From Heterodontus francisci (lineage: Eukaryota): a stretch of 64,000 bases of DNA. The stretch is from positions 36,457,515 through 36,521,514 of the forward strand of contig NC_090406.1 of the NCBI RefSeq assembly GCF_036365525.1, given 5' to 3'. Positions 10,918 to 20,800 of this stretch are shown here, one piece after another. Position numbers and translations under genes: made by a program. How positions within the stretch are numbered: the first letter of the stretch is position 1; each line of letters begins with the position of its first letter. The notes beneath the pieces were generated by a model. The model ran no database searches and was not told the DNA's origin. It was given only the letters and a program-made list of their open reading frames with translations.

Positions 10918-11999
10918 CTCCACTCTCTCACTCCGGCCATTGTATTCTGCCACGTGTTTGTTAGGTTTCATCTCTGTGATTTTTTGAATAGCGCCATCTT
11001 TAGTCCTGGCAGCTGCAACAGTCGCAGGCTGTGACGTTTTCGTGGCACATGCTGTATCTGCGCATGTGCCAAAACAGCGCCACCTACCGATCGCGTTGTC
11101 AACAATTGCGGTCATTCCTAATCTCCACCCATACCAATTCTACTTCATGATCTTCAGAGCTAAGGTCCTTTCTCACCAATGCACATGTTATCCTTTACTA
11201 TCTGGGCTACCCCTCCTCCTTTGCCATTCTGTCTGCCTTTTCGAAATATTATGTACCATGGAATATTTATTTCCCAATCTTGGTCACCTTGTAACCATGT
11301 CTTTGTAATGGCTATTAGATCTAAACCATTTATTTCTATTTGTGCCACTAGTTCATCTACCTTATTGCAGATGTTTCATGCATTTAGATGAAGAATCTTT
11401 AATTTCAGCAGTTTTAGCAAAATCTGCCTACTTTTATGGAGAGCTGTGACTCACACCCAAGGTGCAACTGCTAACTCAGCTTCCTGCTACTGTAATTAAC
11501 ACCTATTCAACTGATTAACAGATAACTGCCACTGCCAGGCAGTTTTTGTTAATTAGGCTTCTTAACTAGCTTGCAGTTTTAAACTTCTAACTCATAGTCT
11601 GATGGTTAATCTAAATAGCTTGAGAAAAACTTACCAGAGATTTCAATTGCACCGAAATCCTCAGTCCTCAAAGCCCTCTGTCATCGGCTTATTCTGTGCT
11701 ACCTTACTCTCATCTCATCCAAAAGACACCGGGCTGGATTTTATGGCCCCCCCTGAGGGAGGGTCGGAGGCAGGGGAGGCCTGTAGAAATGCAGTGGAGG
11801 GTGCGGAGGACCCGTCGTCGCCCCGTCACCAGGCAACGTTCCCGGGGCGGAATAGACTGATGACTGTCTTCCTGCACAGAGGCCAACTGAGGCCCTTATT
11901 AACGGCTACTTAAGGGCCTCTTCTCCCTGCCACTGGGACTTAACCAGTGGCAGGGGAGGCCTCCGCCCCACGGGGAGGGCGCCTTGTAAAACAGTAAAA

Positions 12000-12900
12000 G
12001 GTTTATGAACTCATTTTACATCAACCTCTAATTCCTTTGCCATCCAGAGAGCTCTGGCTTTGGATGCTCCATCATTCTTCCTCAGGGGAATATGCTTGGT
12101 TTCTACTCAAATTATCTCAGCCTTGAAGGCCTGCCTTTGCTCATTCATTGTTTTCCTGGACAGTCTTTCTTCCAGTCCACCTGTGATAGATCCCTCTCAG
12201 ATCACTGAAATTGGCTGTCTTCCAGTTGGCTATTTTTACCTTTAGTTTTTGTTTGTCTCTTTCCACAGCTACTTTAAACCTTATTATATTATGATCACTA
12301 TTACCCAGATGTTCTCCCATTGCAATGCAGTCCACTTGCCCTACTTCATTCTCCAGAACTAGTGCCAGCACTGTTTCCTTCCTCATTGAGCTAGAAACAT
12401 ATTGATTAAGGAAGTTCTCCTGCATTTTCGGAAGTCTTCACCCTCCTTGCTCTTTATTCTGTTTTTCCCAGTTTACATTATATAGTTCCCTACTATTACT
12501 AGACTATTATTTTTACATTTCTCTGAAATTTGTCTATCAATTTGCTCTTCTATACCCTTGTCACTACTTGGGCATTTATGAAAAACATCCAAAAATGTAA
12601 CAAATCTTTTTCTGTTCCTTAACTGTAACCAAATAGATACAATTTTTGAACCTTTAGCATATCATCCCTTTGTAGAATGGCAATATAATCCTTGATCAAT
12701 ACTGACACCCCCACCCCCACCCTGTTGTTTTTCCTTCTCTATCCCTCCTGAATACATTGTAGCCAGGAAGGTTCAGTGCCCATTCCTTTCCATGTTTAAA
12801 CATGATCTTTGATATAGCCACTATAGCATAACACCAGGTGGCAACTTGCACCTGCAGATCATCAGCCTTATTTGGAACATTACAGCTCAGTAACCTCATT
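12000..12900 (-). mobile_element. Decayed CR1 LINE fragment (endonuclease region)
   Basis: Minus-strand peptides EHLGNSDHNIIRF and LNLPGYNVFRRDREG. Confidence 0.75.
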
Positions 12901-13034
12901 AGAACTTCATAGTGTTATATTATAAAATTATAGGGCTGAATTTTTGGGCCCACCAGGCAGGAACAGAGGCAGACGGGGCCTAAAAATACCCGCATCGTTC
13001 CCGGCGCCAGCCATTTTAGAGAAGTCTTTCCTCT

Positions 13035-13295
13035 AGCATAAAAGATCCCGTGACACTATTTCAAAGAAGAGCAGGGGTGTTATCCCTGGTGTCCTGGCCA
13101 ATATTTTCCCTCAATCATCACATAAAAAAGACAGATTATCTGGTCATATCACATTGCTGTTTGTGGGAGCTTACTGTATGCAAATTGGCTGTGTTTCCGA
13201 CAACAGTGACTATACTTCAAAAGTACTTAATTGACAGTAAAGCATTTTGAGATATCCTGAGGTTGTAAAAGATGCTATATAAATGCATGTCTGTG
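13035..13295 (+). mobile_element. Deu-domain SINE fragment (SacSINE1/AmnSINE-like) with L2-type tail
   Basis: AAAAGATCCCGTGACACTATTTCAAAGAAGAGCAGGGG...TGTCCTGGCCAATATT resembles the Deu core; ends GCTATATAAATGCA. Family recognised from memory. Confidence 0.65.
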
Positions 13296-14742
13296 TTTTT
13301 ATAAGATTTCCCTGTTATTTTTATAGAAGTTGACTCACGCTAACCTATATCTATGTGTACAGTTGCATAACCAAGGGGTGTACCCACTGTATCCTTTATC
13401 ATCTGAACTGGATATTTGTATCCTTCACATGTGTACTCCTTAATCTGTCTGAAGGCAGTTCGAGCAATCATTTGGTGAAACAAGGCTTGGTACAAGTTAT
13501 TAAACTGCTTTATTTCACAGTAAGATGACATACAGAGCCAGCACTACGATTAGATTCACTTAGTTCAATTGGTATAACTTGTATTCATATGATAATATAA
13601 AAATAATGAACACATTATGCTTCCTTACATTGATGAATTGTCTTGCTTGACTTAAACTAAAACTAATTTCTAAATTCTCTGAATTATTATCTTTTATGCA
13701 GCTTTTTTTTCTGGGTCTCGCTGCTTTATAGCTTTCTGCCTCAAAAATCTTTATCTGTTGTTTGTGTTTGTCTGTCTTTCTCTCTCTTTTTAATCTCTTG
13801 CTGTTCAAAGCCAGACTGCTTGCTGAATGCCCAGAGCCAATAACTCCCTAATGCAGGAGTTTATTGATTATTGAAACAAGTTAACAGATTGCTTTTTAGT
13901 CACAGTATATGAGGAGAAAACATCAAAACTAGCTCATTAGCAACTCAGATAACTATCATCTCAGAACGTTTTTTATCCTGTGTGAATATACTGGGGAAAA
14001 TGTTGGCTAAGCCTAAAAGTGGGCATGGGGATTATGGTACATGATTAACCACACCCCTTCATAGCCTTGCATTAAGTTGGTGGTACCTACTTTTTTAAGT
14101 GATTGCTGCGAGCAACCAGTGCTCCTGTATATTCATTGGCTGCATGCATCAGCAGTGGGCTGATATCACAAGGGGTGACGCTACTTAAAAGGCAGCTCGC
14201 ACCTCTTAAAGAGGAGGTGGATTGTGGTTGTAAGGAGTGGTGCAAGTTTTTTCAAAAGACAATCTGGGTTGAACATGCAAGAGAGCAAGCACTAAGGTTC
14301 TCAGATAATGCACTGGAAGTCTTGGTGCAAGACTTGCAGAGAAGCAGAGACATCCTGTATCCACAGGAGGCAGGAAGCCCCCCAGACACATGCTCAGAAG
14401 GCATTGGAAGACGTGGCAGCAGATGTCGATGTCTGCAGCAGGAATGTGGATGCAGTACAGGAAGAAGTTTAATGATCTGACACAAGTTGTGGCACCACAA
14501 ACCTCACTCACTGCTTAATTCACTACACCCCCATCAACGCCTACCAACAATCTCTATCTATCAGTACTCAACCCGAGAATTCATATACTTTACCTCACCC
14601 TTATATACTCAGCACTGTTGCAAGCCTTGCACTCAACTCACAGCTCATTTGATTTTACACTCACAGCCAGCAGCTCAGAGATCAACACTGAATATTTTAG
14701 AGCATTAAATAGAGGAGGAATCTTTTCTCTATTCTTCCATGG

Positions 14743-15665
14743 TATCATGAAAACCACACCTGCCAAAGTGAGACATATTGGTTTTGTCATACAGCACATT
14801 AATTTTGAACTGTTGCTGGACTGAAAAAAAAATGGCTTGGTTCAAAAGACCACTGAAACATGGCTGTGCATTTTGCATTCTAAAAGACAGTGGGAAAAAG
14901 GAGACAATGGGAATTGCTCACTGATTCAATCAACGAAGATTGGTCTGGGCAACCATGATCCATATCTTGTCTGTGTAAGAGATAGTACTACACCCCCCCA
15001 CCCCACCAAGAGCTTTGAAATGCATACAGGAGCAGTTGTCCCAAATAAGGGGTTAGTCACATGACTAACCTGCTGGCCAACTTGGAGTTTTGAATTGTGC
15101 TCACAGGACAGTTGGAATGGAGACTGCAATTTGAAGACAACAGCGAAGGAAGGTCTCTCCCTCTCTCTCTCTCTTGAAGTTCCAGGGGATCCACTGAAGC
15201 CACTCAAACCTCAAGAGAAGGATCCTGCAACTAAACAAGTTTGAAAGTGTGCATTGGGCCCCAACGAGAACTGCAAGCCAACTACAATCAAAGACTTTAT
15301 ATCAAACCCAAAAGACAGTAACTGAACTCCAGCTATTACTTTAAACCTTTTCCCTTCTTTCTCCTCCTCCGTCTCCATTTGCATGTGTGTTTATCGCGTA
15401 TGCACGCTAGCATGGTCACGTCGCATATTTCTAGTAGTTTTAACCGAATTAGAGTTTTAAGGTTAATAGATTTAAACAAGAAGGTTGTAAGTTTAAGAAA
15501 ACCTGTCTGGTTGATTTCTTTGTCATTACAATTAGAGAGTGGTGAACAAGGATTCACTGAGGGGAAGCTAAAAGCACATTGTTTTAAAAATTAAACCCTG
15601 TTATAGCCAAACCAGACAAAGGCTGAGAGGGGAGCCCTAGAACCCTGCCTCCCCTGGTCAGAACA
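14743..15665 (+). mobile_element. Solo LTR (Gypsy-type)
   Basis: Homologous along its length to 32032-32918. Termini TATCATG...CAGAACA (decayed TG..CA). 4-bp TSD ATGG (14739-14742 / 15666-15669). Confidence 0.8.
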
Positions 15666-16028
15666 ATGGGATGTGGACATCAATGGCAGGCCAGCATTTG
15701 TTGCCCATCCCTAATTGCCCTTGAACTGAGTGCTTTGCTAAGCCATTCCAGAGGGCAGTCAAGAGTCAACCACATTGCTGGGGGTCTGGAGTCACATGTA
15801 GGCCAGACCAGGTAAGGACAGCAGATTTCCTTCCCTAAATCAGATGGGTTTTTACAACAATCGATAATAGTTTCATGGCTAAGACTAGCTTTCAATTCCA
15901 GATTTTTTTTAATTAATTGAATTTAAATTCCACCAGCTGCCATGGTGGGATTTGAACCTGTGCCCCCAGGGCATTAGCATGGGCCTCTGAATTACTAGTC
16001 CAGTGACATTACCACTACATCACCACCT
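15666..16028 (-). mobile_element. tRNA-headed SINE (family also at 29092 and 55878)
   Basis: Reverse complement: GGTGGTGATGTAGTGGTAATGTCACTGGACTAGTAATTCAGAGG...GGTTCAAATCCC (A/B boxes); 3' tail AAGGGCAATTAGGGATGGGCAACAAATGCTGGCC...CCACATCCCAT shared with a local LINE. Confidence 0.8.
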
Positions 16029-17399
16029 CCCCCCAGACACCAGCCACAAGTGCGCAGGAACCAGGGCAGTGGGGGAGGGGGAAGGGTAGGGGCTGGTGAT
16101 TGCTTATATCTCCAGCAGCAGCTTGGAAGCAGCCAGACACAAAGGCCAAGAACCACGGATACCAAGGCTTCCACAAGCATTATTGGCCTTGTCCTACTTT
16201 AAGGCTACAGCTGTAGCTGCAGTAGTTGTCAGATTTCAGTTACAAACTCTTTTGTGAAGTGAGAGCGTGTCAAGCATTGGTCCTCACTGAAGTTGAGGTA
16301 AGGGAATTGATTCTAAAGACCCTTGGCGGATATGGCCTCCTGCTGAGAGCCCTTTGCCCCTTCTTCCTCTTCCCTCTTCTTGCAGCTTGTGCTCTTTTGG
16401 TTTCCCCAGTCATGCTGAATTCTCAGAGGATGCCCTACCAGGCCACTCCTGTCTGGAAGCAAATTGTTTCAACACAATCTTTGCAACCAACAGAAATGTA
16501 CTTCTGCACTAGCTAGACCACTCCGGGTAGACCATCCAAACTTTAGACATGTATAGGAAAGCTCCACAAACAGGTACAATGGCACCAGCAGCCAGAAGAA
16601 ATAATCCAGCAACTAACCTGTAAGTAGTTCATGATTCTTTCAAATACTGTTGGTAAGGGTCTTTCATTGCATTTAGTAGATGTTCAGCTGTGCAGGGTTA
16701 AGACAGGGTGTAGGCTGGAGCGTAGAGTTCGAAAATGGCAGTCCTGATGTCAAATGAGCAGTACACATTGTTTGACGTCATAATCTGCAGGCTCTGCATA
16801 CTGCTGGCGGTCATTAGATGCACACACGAAAACCTTTATATCAAGATGCCATGTGGCGCACTTCCTGTCAGAAGCTTGCAAGTGCATCTCACACTGCATT
16901 TTCAAACACTGGGAGGCTGTGTAACACCTAAAAGATGGACACAATTGATCCCAATTTCCTCCCACTATTTTTTAGCATGCAACATTTCAAATGACAATGT
17001 TTTCCAAATTATTTCTATTGAAAGATGATCACAAGATCTCAAAATGTGACATCTTGCCAAGCCCTTTAACATTCAGACCCACTGTAGCAGACCAGCTTCG
17101 ATCAGCTAACCACACAAACTAGCAATTTAACCTGCTACATTCCTGGACTGTGTAGTTCAGTACCACACCAAACAAAACTTTTACCTGCAAGAGATCTCCA
17201 TCTCTGTCATTTTCAACAACCCATTCCCTCTTTAATACTTCAGATGTTTGAAATACTCCTTAAAAATCCTTTTAATTGTCCTAGACACCTTTGCAATTTA
17301 TTAACATTGCTTTTGATTGGAATGGCCTGTGAATGATTGAAGTGTGATTAAAATTCTACCTCTAAGACTCTCAACATTGGTTGATGACAGCAAGTTGGT

Positions 17400-17525
17400 T
17401 AATTTTATGAATTTCTATTGGTTAGATTTACTGTCAGTATTAAAACAAGTGCCTTCATCTGATGGTATATAATGCATTGCATAAGCTATTGAAAGAAGAG
17501 TTAGAGAAGAATAGATTTGTAGAGA
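17400..17525 (+). promoter_or_regulatory. Core promoter and short non-coding exon 1 of perilipin gene B
   Basis: Inverted CCAAT (ATTGG 17417-17421), TATATAA 17466-17472, donor GTAAG at 17526. The block is conserved with 61680-61800 upstream of gene D. Confidence 0.65.
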
Positions 17526-17819
17526 GTAAGGATTTTTTTTTTAAAAGAAGAAATAATGTTTTTCTTCATATAAGACTTATGAGATGAATTGTGTTTTAAG
17601 CTTTATTTGAAAATAAAAAGTTAATGTGTTTGGTTTTTAGTAGACTGGCATTGAAGTTGTATGTGACTTGTAACTTATAATAAATTATAAGTTGCCTTGT
17701 TCTTGTGAGGGCTGTTCCTATTTAAATATTGTATGATTGTTATTAAGGTTAAGTGGTCATGTCTTAAAAACTGAAGTGAAATGCTTTGAACTCTTCCAGA
17801 GCAGGATTTTTAGCTCATC

Positions 17820-17879
17820 ATGGCATCGGCAGAACAAGTTTCCAACACTAAGGAAATCCAAGAAAATGGAAGCCAACAG
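17820..17879 (+). CDS. Gene B first coding exon (MASAEQVSNTKEIQENGSQQ)
   Basis: Kozak-like ATCATGG; CAG/GTAC donor at 17880. Homologous to 35027-35095 and 62128-62190. Confidence 0.8.
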
Positions 17880-20800
17880 GTACTTGATTGTGCTAACTTT
17901 GGGGGGGGGGGGAATTATTTTGGAAGTAAAATTCCTTTTTTCTAAAGGAAAACTGAATATGGCAATCTTATTGGAAGACAAAATTATAACTAGTAAACAA
18001 CAACTCTCTTGCCTAACTAACTGAAGATGTGACTAAATTTGGGCCTAGAACAAGTGGGTAGGGACTTCATTAATGTTCCACCCAAAAGAGGACTTCTGAC
18101 GACAGCATAGAAAAAAGTTTACATCATTAACTTGGATTAATGAAGGATAACTAGCATGGATTTATTTTTTTTTTTTTTAAATCATGCTTGACTAATCTAA
18201 CAATCCTTTGAAGTGACAGAAGGTTGAAGGGAATGGGCTGAAGACTGTTTATATGGATGAGTGTTTAAGGTACCACATTTATAAAAAAAAAACTTGAGGG
18301 TTATGGTATAATATGTGAAGTGAGGTGATGAATTTTTGGAAGTGATAGCAATATATACTTAATTGGTACAGTTCTAAAGTGTCTGGGACTAGAGGGACCT
18401 GGGGTTTTGTGTGTAGCAACCTTTTAAGGTGGTGGGACCTATTGAGTGTTTAGTAAAGCATATGGGATCTCTAGGATTTGTAAATAGAGGCCTGGAGTAT
18501 AAAAGCAGGGAAGGTACACTAAATTTTTATAAACCTCTAGTTAGGCCCCAACTGCAGTATTGCATCCTGTTCTGGTCACTACACTCTAGGAAGGATGAAG
18601 GCCCTTGAGAGGGTGCAGAGGAAATTTACCAAATGATTCCTGGGATAGAGGATTTTTAGTTACAAGGTTAGTTAGGAAAAGCTGGGTTTGCTCTTCCAAG
18701 GAGATTTAAGTGTACAAGATTATGACTGGCTTAGATAAGTTAAACAAGAAATCTGTCCTTAACTAATGGATTAAGGACCAGAGGGGAGAGATTTCCTTTT
18801 TTTTAGGCAAAAGGAATGAAGAACTTTTTATGCAGCGAGTGGTAATGACTTGGAAAACTCCCTCCCACAAAGGTGGAAGCAGAGACAATTAACTCAAAGG
18901 GATATTGGATGGTCAATTGAAAGACTTGCAAGGCTATGAGGATTGAGAAGGTGGGTGGGACTAAATGATTCAATGGAGAGCTGGCATAGTCTCAAGGAGG
19001 CTGAATAGTCTTTCTATGCTGCCTATCATTCTAGGTTATAATGCTGCCAAGACCACAACTTCTGAGCTTTGTTACCTTGAAAGGTGTGGTTTTTAAATAT
19101 ATGATTAAATGGCTTGGCTTGCTAGCCTATTAAGAGGCTACTGAGTAGCTTTTGACTAAAATTCTGTATAGGAAGTTCAGACTTTAGGTTAACAAGTTGT
19201 TTTTAAACAAATTATTTCATTTTTTCCTTTCTCCATTCCTGCCTGCTGAGAGGTCACAAATTACCTAATTTATTGTATTCAAGCTAGCAATCTGAGCTGT
19301 CAATCCAATACTACAAAAGTACTATACCCTTGAATGATGCTCAAACTCATGATCTCTACATTGGGTGAAAATTGTCCCTAGTTGATTTTGAGGGTTTTCT
19401 TATGCCCCTCCATCCCTAAATCACCTCTCCATAAGAATTTGGTAACTGGTGAGGATTTTTAAAAAGGTGGGATATTTTTATAATGAGAAACAAATAATTA
19501 TGTAATTGTTAATGTGGATCTATCAAATTGACTTGCATGTCTTTGTATTACAGGTCCTTGTTAAAACAAGGAATCCAGTCACACTGCCTGATGTGACAGA
19601 TACAGCAATTGAGGTTGTAAAAACTGCTGTACAAGACCAACTGGAAAGAACTAAAGCAATTGTGGTTGAAGGTGCCAGTGCTGTGGGTCAGCTGCTGGCT
19701 ACTAGTATGGACATTTCTCTCTCCAAGTCTGAGGAACTAGTTGATTACTATCTTCCTATGACCAAGGAAGAGCTAGGTAACTACAAACCCAAAGCTTTTT
19801 TAGTCTTTATAAATCACTTTTGTTCTTAGCTGTTAGACCTAAACTACTTTAGCTGCCTTTAAACTAGATCTTTAACTTGTGCCTATTTCAACAGTTATCT
19901 TCCTTTTTTCTGCTTTGCTTAGCCAAGCATTTTCTGTTGGCTTTACATCTGTGCTTTTAGAGAAATGGGGCATGTTAAATACAATCTCTATAGTCAACTT
20001 GAAGACTTGTATTTTCTGTTTCAGCTAAAGTGGCCACTCCCACTGAAGGCTCTGACACTGCAACAGTACAAGAGCAGAGTTATTATGTACGTTTAGGATC
20101 TTTATCCTCAAAGGTTCGCCATCGTGCATATGAGTATTCCATAACTAGAATTCAGAAAGCCAAGCAAAATGGACAGGAGACCCTATCTCATCTCTACAAG
20201 CTTCTTGAACTGGTAAGAAAACTGGCTTATTATCTACTTCAAGATCTGCAAGAATTCCAGTACAGATCTACATCTAGTAAAGCAATTCTTATGTTCTGAT
20301 CACACTTTTTAAGGGAAAACTAGATAAACAGTAAGGAGAAAATGGGTCATAATGATTTTGGGGGTGGGGTTAGATGGAGTCTCACTCCAACATGGACTAA
20401 CTGGATTGACTTTTTTTTTGTAATGTGCACTTTTATAGATGCTAATTACACACTCCCATTTTTAGTTTATTCCACCACTTCAAGTCTTTGTATGATGTGG
20501 TTTTTTTTTTTTAAAATTCCATGTGATCTTGCTCTACTGTAAGATCTCTATCTAGTGGTTCAAATTGTTCTCCAGCAGAAGAATCCAGGTAAGGCTAAGT
20601 CTTCATGATTACACTAGTAATTGGCTCTTCAATTCTGGGAGTGATGCTGTCTTCAATAGGATGCTTTTGAGTTCATAAACTGTGTTTCCTGTTTTGAAGC
20701 TGTAGATAAAATCAGCCCTTTTAACATGGCTGTTAATGTATTTCTAGATTGAAAGGGCAAAGAAAGGAGCTGAATCGACTCTGTCCAAACCAGAAGATAT

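Larger units (their letters stand above)
7418..11113 (+). mobile_element. Mutator-like (MULE/MuDR) DNA transposon, internally deleted/non-autonomous
   Basis: 9-bp TSD ATTCCTAAT (7409-7417 / 11114-11122) splits the host CR1. Imperfect 21-bp TIRs (CAAAGTAATTCATGACAACGC vs reverse complement of right end GACCGCAATTGTTGACAACGC, 15/21). Internal ORF has a SWIM-type zinc finger. CpG-rich, unlike the host. Confidence 0.75.
4850..11400 (-). mobile_element. Decayed CR1-clade LINE (ORF2 endonuclease + RT), interrupted by two younger insertions (6927-7157 and 7418-11113)
   Basis: Minus-strand fragments in colinear order: LDLIAITKTWL (APE endonuclease, 11160-11348), VGVVYRTP..ILGDFN (7226-7420), NYRLVSLT, VVYLDFQKAFD, SGVPQGS, RPHLEYCAQFWSPYL. 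Many stops and frameshifts. Confidence 0.9.
14000..16960. mobile_element. Decayed PIF/Harbinger DNA transposon (Myb/SANT ORF remnant on +, transposase 5' remnant on -), with nested LTR and SINE
   Basis: Plus strand ~14278-14485: REQALRFSDNALEVLVQDLQRSRDILYP...WMQYRKKFNDLT (Myb/SANT-like). Minus strand ~16230-16290: SEDQCLTRSHFTKEFVTEI (Harbinger transposase N-terminus-like). Outer boundaries approximate. Confidence 0.6.

Noticed and set aside
9985-11115. Long ORFs 9985..11034 (+, 349 aa) and 10381..11115 (-, 244 aa)
   Set aside because: They are open only because the C/T tract and 21-bp GC minisatellite lack stop codons; low-complexity translations with no domain.
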